DNA from: Chrysomallon squamiferum
Taxonomy: Eukaryota; Animalia; Mollusca
NCBI GenBank assembly: GCA_012295275.1
Contig: CM022665.1
Coordinates: forward strand, 34,286,001 to 34,350,000
Reading direction: 5' to 3'
Length of the DNA: 64,000 nucleotides
This document shows positions 50,528 through 63,546 of this stretch, piece after piece (the stretch's first letter is position 1; each line of letters opens with the position of its first letter). The notes below the pieces were generated by a model that was not told the origin of the DNA, did not search any database, and worked only from the letters and a program-made list of their open reading frames with translations. The translations under genes and the position numbers were made by a program.

Positions 50528-51658
50528 TATAGGAATGTGGATATAAGTCGAGTATATCTTTTTTGCATTTAAATTGTATTTGGAAATCATGTAAAGTATA
50601 AATCCCTACCCCATCCCACCAAAAAAAAAAAATAATAATAATAATAAATAAATAAATAATATTTTTAAAAACAAAACAAAAAAAAACAACTCCTGTCACT
50701 CTAAATCTGTTAGGAGTGAACTGGAATTTGGGTTTCAGAAGATAAATTTAAAATAAAAAAGACCCAAACATTTCGTTAATATCTAAAGGGTCTTCCCCCT
50801 CCCCCCGCCAAAAATATGTAACAATTAAAAATAATATGTAAGTGGTACCTTGACTTATGAGTTTAATTCGTTCAGTGACTGAGCTCGTATCTCAGTTTGC
50901 TCGTATATCAAATCAGTTTACCCAACTGAAAATCGAAATTCCATTAATCCATTCCAGCTCCCCCTCAAAACCACACCATTTTTAAAATTATTATTATTAT
51001 TATTATTTGTAACGTGTTTTTAAATAAGAAAAATATATTTATAAATGAAAATATTGTATCGAAACAAAATAAAAGAGAATGTAAAGAAATGAATTGGTTT
51101 TGTAAAGTGTATTTATCTTGGAGATCAGACAAATTATTTTAACACATTTATCGACTCCTTCAGCTTTAACAGGTACATTCATAGAAGTACTACGCTCGTA
51201 CTGCTTAGCCAAGTCGACTAAATGCACACCTCGCTCATGATTTTCTATGAATTCAAACTTTAATTCAATGGACATCATCCACTTCTTCTTCTCAGCACTG
51301 GCCTTTGCACTCACTTACTTAGAATCCTTGACCAGAAAAAAACAAATTTGGCAGAATACTGCATAAAACGCCAGCAAAACACAACAGAGATGCTTCCGCG
51401 GTGAGGTAACCACGTGAAATAAATGAGTGAGACACACGATGCTGGCCGGATGTTATGTTGTTCGCTGCGCCAAGTAGCGGCGGTGTATCTGAAGCTCGCT
51501 CGTAACTTGGATTTTGGCTCGCAGCTGAAAGCAAAAATCCGACCGGGCGTCAGCTCGTAAGTTGGGGCACTCACAAGTCGAGATACCACCGTGTATATAT
51601 ATATATAAATTTAAAACAATAACTAAACGTACTTTGAAAAAAAATAATAAATAAATAA

Positions 51659-51689
<31 letters not shown>

Positions 51690-51830
51690 AATCGAAAATA
51701 AAAGTAACAAAACAGTCAGGTTTTTTTTATAGGAATATGGATAAAAGTCCAGTACATCTTTTTTGCGTTTAAATTTTATTTGGAAATCACGAAAACTGTA
51801 AATCCCTACCCCACCCCACCCCACCAAAAA
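50528..51830 (+). repeat. Direct repeat pair of about 105 bp (50528-50630 and 51728-51830) flanking the Tigger element
   Basis: TATAGGAAT(G/A)TGGATA.AAGTC.AGTA.ATCTTTTTTGC.TTTAAATT.TATTTGGAAATCA...TAAATCCCTACCCCA.CCCACC occurs twice. Confidence 0.85.
50841..51591 (-). mobile_element. Internally deleted Tigger/pogo transposon
   Basis: TIRs AGTGGTACCTTGACTTATGAG ... CTCACAAGTCGAGATACCACCG. Minus-strand fragment 51039-51314 KKKWMMSIELKFEFIENHERGVHLVDLAKQYERSTS is a CENP-B-type N-terminal HTH. No DDE domain. Confidence 0.85.
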
Positions 51831-54090
51831 AGAAAAAAAAGAAGAGATAAATAAGTTAATAAATAAATAAATTATTATAATAATAATAAAACTAACAATT
51901 TATTTTACAGTATATTTGCACATACTTGATTACTTAAAATTTTATTGTATGTCGTTTTGATCCTTAAGTACGTAAGTCTACGGGGAAATGGCGTCTTCGC
52001 GAACTTTTTTCTTTTTATCACATGCAAAAACACGATGAAGTCAAACTATAAGGTTGTTTAGGACAGTACTTCGCAATGCATTATTAATTGTATTAATGGT
52101 TACACTGCCATGGTGAGGTCGTCAGGTGGATAATATATTTCGTTATCAAGACATATGTACTGGTTACTAACACTTCAGTTGTGAGATACTGCTGATACCA
52201 GATGTGAAGACTTGCTGCTCATAAATAATGTAAAAACGGCCTTCATGTTTTATATCATGCAACGTACTGAAGCGGTGACTTTTTCTTTTATATTTACTTT
52301 CTTCATATTTTACTGTTGTTGTTGTTTTCTTTAGACCTTTTATATAACATGCGTTTTAACCCTTAAGCATTAAGCATTTCAGTACTTTTGCACATGGGTG
52401 TAAATAAATCACTTTCAACCACAAATATGTCGATGTCAAAACCAAAGAGGAAATTATAAGACTTACAAATACGCAGTCCTAAATAGGTAAGGAAATACAT
52501 AGTGCTGAAGATAAATCATCATAAATGAAACAATTACAGGACAAATATAGAAAATGTATTTAGACTAATTATTTACACCATACATTTTAAACCAATAATT
52601 TTCCCAGTCAGAAGCATATTCTCTAGGAGCACGTAAATCAAACAGCTTCTTGCAGCCAGTGACTAAGACTTTGAGATTTTTTTTATTTTTTAAATTAGAT
52701 GATTAACGAAATGTCTAAATTCTAAACGAGAAGGAAAATTAAGAGCAAAGATACTTAAGCGAAATAAGATTGTATTAACGACATTCATTCAGTGTAAAGA
52801 AAGGTTGCCGGTTTAAATTTAGAAATTCTAGATCTAAATAAACGTCAACCGAATCGAGCCATAATAATATCGATATCTGCACTACGGTGCCTTTACGTAA
52901 GAATTCGACCGCGATTTCTTTCTTCCTTTTTTTTTTTTTTTTTTTTTTTTCATTCCTTGGAAATAAAATATTACATGTTTTCTCGAGGCATTGGAATTGG
53001 TTTGTGTAATATGTAGACAGGACATCTTGTAGAAATCATATGAAGAAGTAATTATTTTGTGAAGGGCAAAGCATTTTATTTTTTTAAGTTTCCCCGTGAA
53101 TGTAACCTAAATAGCAACAATAGCAATAATAATTAAAACATAAAATCAGTACTGTTAAATTTTCATATACATGTACTTTTGTTACGGCCATGCATCTGTG
53201 GTTGTACAATAAATAAACAACAACATTAATTCAGCATTTGTATTCAATCCCTAAGCAGTGATTGCCAGACATTTGGGACTACACTGTATTATCAAATAAA
53301 ATATATGCAAGCGTTATACTAATAATTTTACAATTCTGATGCAATGCAAATTAAAATTTACAATAACGTGTATGGTTGTTCTCTCTTTTCCAGTAGCAAC
53401 TGAGCATGTAAGAGGGAGTGGACGAAAAAGTCAAGAAAAAGAAATCAAAGAGAAACTTTTATACAGATATTGTCTCCTTTCCTCCCATCCACAACCTTAG
53501 AAAAATGGAAACCATAACATTAGATACATATCAAATAACTACAACATAAAATTTCTTTACAAAGTTAATGTCACAACCTTTAAAATTATTATTATTGTTG
53601 TTGTTGTTATTATTATTATTATCAATTTAAAATCGTTCACACTTTCTTGTTGTAAAGTATCACAAGTGGCATTTAAACAAGCAGTGATCTAAATGTGGCG
53701 ATGAAGGCTATACGTTTTACAGTGCAGAGCTAAAAAAAACTAAATTAGAAGGAAAACGATACTCGTCTATATAGCACATATATACTAGTGTATTTGTTAA
53801 TTATATGTATATGTATATATAAACTATTTAAGAATTTGCTTGTTATAATAAATCAAAATGTGCTAGATGCAATTGCATTACCAGGTGAATACGTATGAAA
53901 AAATGTTAATATTTTTAATGTTTGGAATATGCATATGTTAGTATTTACATATGTCAGTGTGTGTGTATGCCAGAGAAAGAGAGATAGTAGCTAAAAACAG
54001 AACTATGATTTATTATAAATCAGAAACAGAAAAATAATTTTACTTATTGCATAACTCTTTAGGTAAAAAATAAGTATTGGGAAATGTTTA

Positions 54091-55121
54091 TCACAAAAAC
54101 TTTTCCTTTTTCACATCGACGAACGTACAGCCATCTGGTACATAACACTCGTATTCGATAGCATGTAGTTCTTGTCCCCAGTGGCTGTGTTCCGTCTCAT
54201 CGTTCTTGTAAAACTTCACTTGTAACGTCACCTTCATTGTCACACTGTTCGCAAGCTAAAAACAAAATAATGAAATAATTAACTTAAAGCTTTGGAAAGG
54301 TATACTGAAATTTAATATAATTTAGATCTGATAGATACTGTTAACAACAGGTTGAAGATTTAACATCGTTAATTTTATGTAAGGATAAAATGCATTAAAT
54401 TCTTGCTGTTCGTTACCTGTAAAAATACTAAGAATACAAAAGGAAAGAAACAGCCTATGGACTCGTGGTGTTAGAAGTATGAATAAAATATTATGCTTCG
54501 GGCTAACGACCCACAATCGGTAACCTGCATGTTTTCAAGACAGTTAGGTGGTATCAGTCGAATGGGGGAATATAATTTTTCAGAATTCGGAAAAATATAT
54601 ATATAATAAAATAAAAAATCACAAAAAACCCCTTCCATCCAACTATTATTCGTTGGATATTTCGGCTTGTGATGAAGAATGTAACCATGACACGTCAGTT
54701 TGATATCGGTATATTGATTACGCTCGCCTAACATTCTCTTTCTCGTCACGCTGGTCTTGCAGGCAGAGAGGCAAGACCTGTCCCTGCGGACCAGAAACAA
54801 AGATAAGCCATCAGTGCCACTGCTCCAACAGTAATTGGATAGAAATGGATTTCCGTTCCGTTATTGAGCGGTACGCAGTAACTGAAGAATTAACTAATAC
54901 TATGGAAGATGGGATTATTAGATTTGCAAGTAAGGAAACTGCATTGTCGGTTTCGAGAAGGAAAACAATTTTTATTTCAGAAAATATAGAAATGGAAGAG
55001 CTCTTTCTTGGAAAACTTTCACTTTATAAAATTAATATAAAACGGAAATACTGAGCTTGTAAATCATTATAATAAAAACAAACAAATAAATAATTATCAT
55101 AAATTAAAATAAATGTGTGTG

Positions 55122-55161
<40 letters not shown>

Positions 55162-55964
55162 GGTAAAAAATAAACATATATTGATTTGTATTTTAAAAAA
55201 ATATTTGTATACTGTTTTCTATTTATTTAAAATAATTGCTCCTGAGGTGACAGCATATCGAAATGGAAGCACGGGTCGATGATATGTTAAAACCGGCCTA
55301 GTCATAATATCTGAGATGAAATCTGTTGCTGCTACTGTATCATTCCTCTTACCGATTAGCAGCAAATTTCCTTTTATATACATGTACATTTTGTCACGGC
55401 CTATGATATACAAGCTGTGGGGCACTGGCTGGAACTTGAAATTATAAAATGGGTTGATGCTGTGATCTAGTGTATGAAAATAATTATTAATGCAACATGT
55501 TTAAACATCACTTATGGAATAAATATTAAAATGGACATATTTCTTTCTGGTACAAAAGTAAAAGCAGACAGAAAGTTTAAAGGGAAAACATTACACTATA
55601 TATTTTATTTTTTAACGATGTCTGAGAAAAGTTAAAGTTAAAAAGTATATTTTATTGAACATTACTTCCATAAACAAGGGCACATCTTTTCTCTTGCCAC
55701 TTTTTGAAAGTTCACTGCCAAGAGTTGACCATTCTGCTCCATACAAAGAGCTACCGTCGACATCTTTGTCCTGCTTCAAAAGTTTGAACTCTGTACGTTC
55801 CCCACAGATATGTAGTCGTCTGAAAAATGTATGTATTAACTTGATAAATAATTATACCGTAGTTAAAAATCATTGATTATATTTCGCTTGTACTTAGTTT
55901 GAAGCTTTGTTCCAAATAACAATATTCTCGAATTTTTAAAATTTATTATTATTATTATTATTAT

Positions 55965-56030
<66 letters not shown>

Positions 56031-56160
56031 TAGTAGTAGTAGTAGTAGTAGTAATAGTAGTTTCAAAATAAAAATCCATGTAACGAAAATCTGACGCAGT
56101 TTTAAAGGACTTTTATATAAAAAGTTTTCCAGTTGTATGAATCTATTGTTTCTTATAATA

Positions 56161-56200
<40 letters not shown>

Positions 56201-59200
56201 AATGGAAACAATGCAAAGCAATACAATACATTTTAAAAAGAAGAAAATTATACAAATATATACATGGTTCCATATAATTTCAGCCATAAAACCTCATTTT
56301 AAGCTATATACATAAGATTAGATGTACAGTTAAACCGTTTATATGAAATTGAACACGTTGTTCCTTTCTGTTTTTATTACTTTAAAGAAAATTGTGCACT
56401 GGCGGAATTTCTATTCCTAGACCATGCAAGCAGACAAAATAAAAATAAAAAGTAAATATATGTTCATGCAAAATGATCAGCTTAAAAAATTATTTGTCCA
56501 CGAAGCTCGTCATTACATTTTAAGCAATTTCCAGGTTTTTTTTAATTTTTATTATTATTTTTTTTATGATAAATTAATAAATGAAGTGCTAATATAGATT
56601 TTCAGAGACCGTTCAATCAGTACTGTCCTTGAAAATGAGGCATTCTTTAAAATGTTTAATCCGCAGTGTTAGGCATTTTTTCTTGAGAAAGAAATAACAC
56701 ACACACACACACACACGTGGAAGGAATTGTTAATACCTAACACCTACAACGGATTTGGTTTTATTTTTTATTTCCTAAATCTACTTATATAACTGTGCAT
56801 ACTACTGATCTCCCAGGCATAGGACGTTGATACACAATTGTGATTGAATATTCGATTTACCTGATTTTGTAGATAGCGACACTCAAAATAACTAATGATT
56901 CTCGTTGTTACTATTACTATAGAACTGAAGAGCCGTCAGGAATCAATTCTTAACAAAATCAACCGCAGAATGGAAACATCAATATTCTTAGATATTCTGC
57001 ATCCGCCACAGCGTTAAAACCTTCTGACGTCAGCGATAGAATGTTTCATAATCCCATATTGGTTTGGAAAGCATAATCAAAGGAGGTTATGAATAGCTGT
57101 CAAGAAATTACCATCTTAATCATTATGTTCTGTCATATATCACATAAGTCGGCATATTTTCATCTTCGTGTTCAGTTTTTAATATTATTTTTTCTCTCCC
57201 GTGATGAGTAAGCGGGGTGGGTTTCCTCTTTAGTCATAGGAGTGATCCGTAATGACATGTTCGACAAAATAAATTATAAAGTTTAATTAAATATTCCTTT
57301 TCCTTCCTGATAAAGACGTACTTCTGTAATTATTACTTAAAATCCCTTATCAAAGCATTTGTAAATGTGATACTTAAACAAGAACATTCTTAATATTAGG
57401 TTCTCTGTATGGACTAACATATTTTTGTTTTCTAATTCTTATTACTTTTGACCCACTGGCCTATTTTCAAAATTAAACAATTATATATATATTTTTTTTG
57501 TTCTTCTTCTTCTTCTTATTATTTTTTTTAATTTTTTTTTGTATATGTATATTCTGGGATATATAATTATATCGTGACTAGTTCAGATCTGCATTTTGAG
57601 AATGAATTTGTATACTTGATATAAATTACTAACAAACAATTTTTCGTCGACAGAAAACAAAAAGGTGTAACTAATATTGAGAACATACCGCAAATCTATT
57701 TATGTACATATTTCGAAGTTGGAAGAATGGACAGTAGACTATAGGTGTCACTTAATTCATATTCTTCAAAGAAATCTGATAACATTTCGTCTAATATATG
57801 TTGTAACCTAATAAGACTTACAAGATACGTATAAATATTCACCGATTACTGAAAAACATCACTAAATGAGTGACGTTTGTCTGAATGAATGTGAATAACT
57901 CTAGGTATCAAATTAAAATTGTCATATCTTGACTAATCTATGTACAAACAAATGCAAAACAACAACGTAATAATAATAATAATAACAACAACAAAAAATA
58001 ATAATAATAATAATATTCAAATATTCGTGCACGATAAACAAATGTACGTATTCAAACAAGACTGCGTAACTGCGTAACTGTAAATCTCGTTTTTACCAGA
58101 ATAACGTGAATTCAATCAATTTAAAGCATTCGAGATTCCGTGTCTGTTGAGAAATTCATCATCACAGAGCCTTTTTAAAATGTCATTCATTATTACTTCA
58201 TTATAACATAATAGAGCTTAATGTTTTATATATATACATGTTTATATACCGCATTATCTTTATTGTAGTAAAAACTGAAATTTTGGTTGCCGTGGTTATT
58301 ACATCAGTATATTAATTTGTAATTATAATAATATATAATGTATATATATTGTGTGTGGGTGTATATATATATTAAATTTAAGAACAAAATAAATAAATTT
58401 AAAAAAACAAAACAACAATAAAACAAATAAAATAAAATAATAAATAAGTAAATAAATTAAATTAAAAATAACATTTTAAAGATATTCTAATAAAATAAAA
58501 CACAATAAGTTTACTGAATCGATACAGCTTTTTTTTTGCTTTTTTTAAATCGAGAATTAGTTTATTTGTGCAGATGTTGTATTCAATATAATCTTATTAA
58601 ACAGAATAATGCTGAAAATCATGTTTCGTTGTTGTTGTTTTCTTTGTTCTTTTCCCTTTCCACTTTTAGTTCATTTGAATTCAAGTGAATTTCCATATTC
58701 GGATATTATTTATTTATTTTACATTTTTATTCATTCGGTGTACTATATAAACATGACAACATGAAATTTACTGTAGTTCTCGGAAACAGCACACCATAGA
58801 AGGAAAATTATTAATCTGTTACCATTTTTAAATGCACAAAATGCCATTAGCTACTTGTTCGCGTTAAAGTAACTTGTAAAACTGTCTCCGTTAATTTTAA
58901 ACTACCGTTTACTTATAGATAAAAATGTATCCTATAAATTATATTAAACGTATTGTGATAAGGGAAATGGTGCACAGCAAAGTTTTTTGTTTTATCGTTA
59001 TGTATGATTTTACTTATATCTAGGCTACACACATTCAGTTCTCATAATACAAACCGATGTGTCAGTACATAGTTTGTAAATATCATAAGAATAAAAAATG
59101 ACTGGTCAACGGTCAGTTTATATTAAACTAATTTTAAGATGCGTGGAGTGATTCTAAGCTGCATATGGCGATTCTCAGCAGTGTGTGTTTTATTGACAAT

Positions 59201-60246
59201 GTATGATTCAGGTCTATGCCATAGCGTTTGGCCTGTTTTAAATACTTAACAACCAAATAATAATAACAACAACAACAATATTAATAATAATAAAACTCCC
59301 ATTTTCTTTAAAAAAAAAATAAAAATAATAAAATTTAAAAAAAAATCTTTGTTTCTTTCTTTCTATTTTTCTTATTATGTTACCTTTAATATTAAGTAAA
59401 TAATCATTTTAACGGATAAATTTTATCTTAGATATTTGTGGTTGTTGTTTCTACTGTTACAACTGTTGTTAATATGTAAATCGTTTTGGTATGCGAGTTA
59501 TTTTATAACTACATTGGACAAATACCAATCTATTTTTGTTGAATTAATCACTTTGTAAATCCAGCAGTAGCAGGTAAAACGAAAAACATAAATTAATCTG
59601 ACCTCTGTAATCCCAGCATTTATCAATAAAAACAAGGTAACATTAAAACATTTTTTTATCATGGTTTGGCGCGTTTTACAGCTGTCCATTAAAACAGCTG
59701 TATCTAAAGTACAAGTAACATTAGATAGTAACAACCTACCACTTAAGTTAAAAAATAAAAATGTTAGATTATTATACTTCATAACTGGATAAACGGTATG
59801 ATATGTGATATTCTCGTCATCTGTTGTGTTCGCGTGAGCACCTTGTTTTTTCTTTAGCACCGAAAATGAAATGCATACTATGAAGCAGAAATACGCGAAT
59901 AATAATAATAATAAAAAGTACATCAATTCATTAGAATGCTATAACAATGAAGCATCTGACCCAGAGAGAAAAACAGATGACAGAATGATAGGTAGGAAAC
60001 TTTAACTAAAAGTACTTGATGCTATAAATGTGAACCGGGCAGAAACAAATAAAATAACAAGTAACTTGACACTTACGTTAGAGTTTTCTCCGGACGGAAT
60101 AAGATGGTTATTGTGTACTTCGAATTAACGTTCAGTTTCACCGTGTGACATGAATGTTGAAACCTCTGTCCGTCCTGTTTCTGATAAACCGGTTCGTTGG
60201 ACGGATTTTTTTTAATAGATACGGTGACTTTAAAGTTATTCGCCAT
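54091..60246 (-). CDS. CNRIP1: CB1 cannabinoid receptor-interacting protein 1 (CRIP1a) homolog, 162 aa, 3 exons
   Basis: Exons 60246-60077, 55819-55666, 54255-54091 (489 nt) give MANNFKVTVSIKKNPSNEPVYQKQDGQRFQHSCHTVKLNVNSKYTITILFRPEKTLTRLHICGERTEFKLLKQDKDVDGSSLYGAEWSTLGSELSKSGKRKDVPLFMELANSVTMKVTLQVKFYKNDETEHSHWGQELHAIEYECYVPDGCTFVDVKKEKFL. Shares the CRIP1a motifs K.DGQRF, T.KL, KSG.R, QVKFY, H..WG, IEYEC and terminal KE.FL. Confidence 0.93.
55270..55470 (+). mobile_element. Diverged SINE-like repeat relic
   Basis: ATTAGCAGCAA..CTTTTATAT.CA..CACGGCCT.TGATATAC..GCACTGGCTGGAAC motif string, with a related copy at 62085-62350. Resembles an abundant gastropod repeat (from memory, unverified). 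Confidence 0.5.
55943..56060. repeat. (ATT)n(AGT)n microsatellite
   Basis: Directly visible. Source of the spurious poly-Leu ORF 55863-56066. Confidence 0.95.
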
Positions 60247-62084
60247 CTACATTCCTGTCGGCTGCTTCTTGTTCTCGCAGATCCATTTACCAATTTATCG
60301 TCTGCTACAGTTGTCTGCTCTGCACCGCATAGGCCAATTGGTTACAGTCCCAGTAGACTGTTTGCTTAAATTAATTCACGTGGATGTAAAAGAAACAATA
60401 GCTGAATGATCAATAATTCAACTGCTTTTCTAAGCAGCTTCTTTTGACGTCCTACCAAACTAACGCGACCGGCAGCAGCTTACAAACGTATTATCTCATG
60501 TTACTGAAGTATTAACTGCGCATGTTCGAAAACCTGATCACTTTCTGACTGCCGTTAAGACGTTTAACTTTCAATAACGGTCGAAACGATTATTTAACAA
60601 AAGCAAAACAATCTTTGTTATCTTTTTTTTTTTTTTTTAATTATGTTTCTATTTATTGATCAGTATATCGTTTTTGCATGAATAAAACTTATTTCATCGT
60701 ATAAAATAATATTGGCAATGAGAACAACTGTAATGTAAAACCACCTGTTTATAACAAGCAAAACTGGGAATATTCATGTAGTGTACAAATACTCCTTTTT
60801 AATGTGAGATTTATTGACACTTAAAAATATATGTTAAATGGATACTATTAACGTTATTTATTTATCTGCCATAAATTAGTAGAAACATATTCTATCCCTT
60901 GTAAACTGTGCTGAAATGTTGGCGATGTATGCGTTAACTGAAAACCCAAAAACGTTTTGGTGAAATACTTCATGTTTGAAATATAGAATATCATTGTCGT
61001 TCGAATGAGTGCGTGCGTGCGCGAGCGCGCGCTTATATGGAAGTGGATAAGAACATCATGAGCAAATGACAATTTGTTGAATATTTATTAATAATACATA
61101 TTTTTATTATATTTTAAAGCTGGTTGTGATATACTTGTCTAGGATGGATGAACGATTAAATTAAATGACTTTTAGACTGAGATTAAAATGTCTTGCTTTT
61201 TATCACTACATCACGATCAAATCGTCAGGATGTTGCCAGACGTTATCGTATTTCAAAATGGAGTCTACATTGCTGCCACAAGCTTCAATTTATTTATAAC
61301 AATGTTCGACCAACGTTTTCTGATCTGCTTCAGTAATTTACTTACAGTCAAACACAGATAAGAGATAATGCATTACATAACACTGTATGTGCCGACACAC
61401 AAAAAAAGAAAAAAAAAAAAGAAAAAAAAAAAAAAGAGAGGTTTTTCTATTATATACCCCCTCCCCCCAAAAAGTACAAGAATAAAATACATAAATGACG
61501 CCATAGTTCTAGTAATAGGCTAGTAAGCAACAAGGGCTATTCTTGCCAAAATGTTATGCACTGAAAAGAAAAAAAAAGAAAATAATAATAAAAAAAGATT
61601 AAATATTTATATAAATCGTAATTAATTAATTATTATTATTATTATTTTTTTTTTAAATGATACTTGTGTATACTAATTTTAAGGCTAACCGATGTCAAAC
61701 ATAGAAGTGGGTTTTTAAAAGCCTTTTTCGTTTTTTTTGTTTGGTTTGGTTTTTGTTGCAATAATAATATTAAATTGATATTTCTAGCCTGTCGTTCGGA
61801 TGCTTTTAGAAACCAGCAGAAATATATCCGATGAGAAAAGATCCTGCTAGTCTGCACCCTTTAGGCGAGATACAGCCCGTTCGTATTTTCTGCAACACAA
61901 TAAAGTTTAATAATAAATTTAAAAATTTTAATAATGGTTTGAATGTCCAGGACAGATCCATAACATTAAGATTAAAATGTTAAAAATAACTGATAAAAAT
62001 ACCCCACAACAAAAGTGAAACATTCAGCACTGATCAGCAGTCTTATGAAATTGTAAAACAAATAAGTGAATTATTATTTTATTT

Positions 62085-62350
62085 TGCTTAACGACACCTC
62101 AATATATTTACCCTATATTAATGGTTATTCGTTGGCAGACATGCTTCTCACTGTCTATTTATCTCTCATTCGCTGTCTATATATTACATGCTGAAGTTTT
62201 GAAGGAAACGCTATTTATTTATTTTTGTATTCGCAGCAAGAAATCTTTTATGTGCACCCTACAATAGATAACAAAACACATACCCGTCCCTGATAAGCTA
62301 AAACTGGCTCAGAGCTGGAACGAAAACAGTCCAATGGAGCACCGAACAGA
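62085..62350 (+). mobile_element. Diverged SINE-like repeat relic (same family as 55270-55470)
   Basis: TTAACGACAC..GGAAAC..GCAGCAAGAAATCTTTTATGTGCACC..ACACATACC..GCTGGAACGAAAA..CCAATGG. Further possible fragments near 57200-57305 and 61780-61880. Confidence 0.5.
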
Positions 62351-62867
62351 TTCTTCAACAAGTGACTCCTCAACTGCAGTACAAAGTTAACTGTTTGATA
62401 TTAATATGATTTTCAGTGAGTTAGTCAATAGTAAAAATGAACCTTTTACATACCATGTTTCAGTTTTGTTTATACACATATACAAATCGAATTTCGACGT
62501 TTACCGCCCTTCTTTTACTGTCAAATCTGTTTGGAATAAAATATTTCATTTCATCTTTTTAAAATGAAATCTGCCGCAATTTAATGTATTATTTATAAAC
62601 AATTTATCAACAGTAGCTTAAACTAGATGCAAAATATTTGTGGATTTGGAAATAATCCGAACCACCGTAATACATACTGGTCTTACCTGTAATATCTATA
62701 AACCATTGTGGTCATCGTGTCAGAATACAATTAAATATGATGGATTTTTGATTTTAGAAAAAAAATGCCTGTACCATCAAGATAAAACAAAAATTGTCTG
62801 GTATCAAATATAACTATTTTAAGCCAATAGGTCTGAAATTAATAAACCATATGTATTACACAAGTAT

Positions 62868-62903
<36 letters not shown>

Positions 62904-63462
62904 AATAGAAGGAAAAAAGAAAGACACCTTTCTGGTCAATAAAAATTGTGCGTGGATGGATCATCTTAATGTCAGCCCATATTTGTATAACCAAGTAATA
63001 TATTTTAAAAAATATGAAGAAATGAATGTTAACAACATAGTGTTTCATTATATATAACCTGGCAATATCCTAATATTTTAATCCAGATTATACAGCTTTT
63101 AAACTGCAAAATCATAGTAATAATAAAATCACCAAATTAAAAACTGAAAATGATGGGTTTTTTAAAATTACTGTTGGAGTATACATATACTTCTATAATT
63201 TGTGTTTCATTCTACTTAAAAAAATAAAATAAAAAAATTGAAAATGAAGAAAAACAAACAAACACATCAACATGTATCAATCCAAAATAAAGATTATGAC
63301 ATGTACATATATCATTAGTATAAAACTGAACTATATAAATGATTAAGGTTTGAATAAAGGTCAAAATGTTATTCGGTAAGAAACATTGTTTCATCCTGGT
63401 TTTAATTCTTTTTTTAAAGAACACTGCAAACAAATTCAGAATGATCTTATAAATGTGTATAT

Positions 63463-63469
63463 GTGTGTG

Positions 63470-63544
<75 letters not shown>
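63463..63544. repeat. (GT)n(AT)n(AG)n compound microsatellite
   Basis: Directly visible. Confidence 0.95.

Positions 63545-63546
<2 letters not shown>

Noticed and set aside
55863-56066. Poly-Leu signal-peptide-like ORF, and similar poly-N/I (28645-28836) and ER-repeat (63386-63586) ORFs
   Set aside because: These are translations of microsatellites.
56860-57120. Complex CpG-containing segment in CNRIP1 intron 1 as possible ncRNA or exon
   Set aside because: No splice-consistent frame or RNA-family hallmark. Probably a dispersed repeat fragment, but only one copy is visible here.
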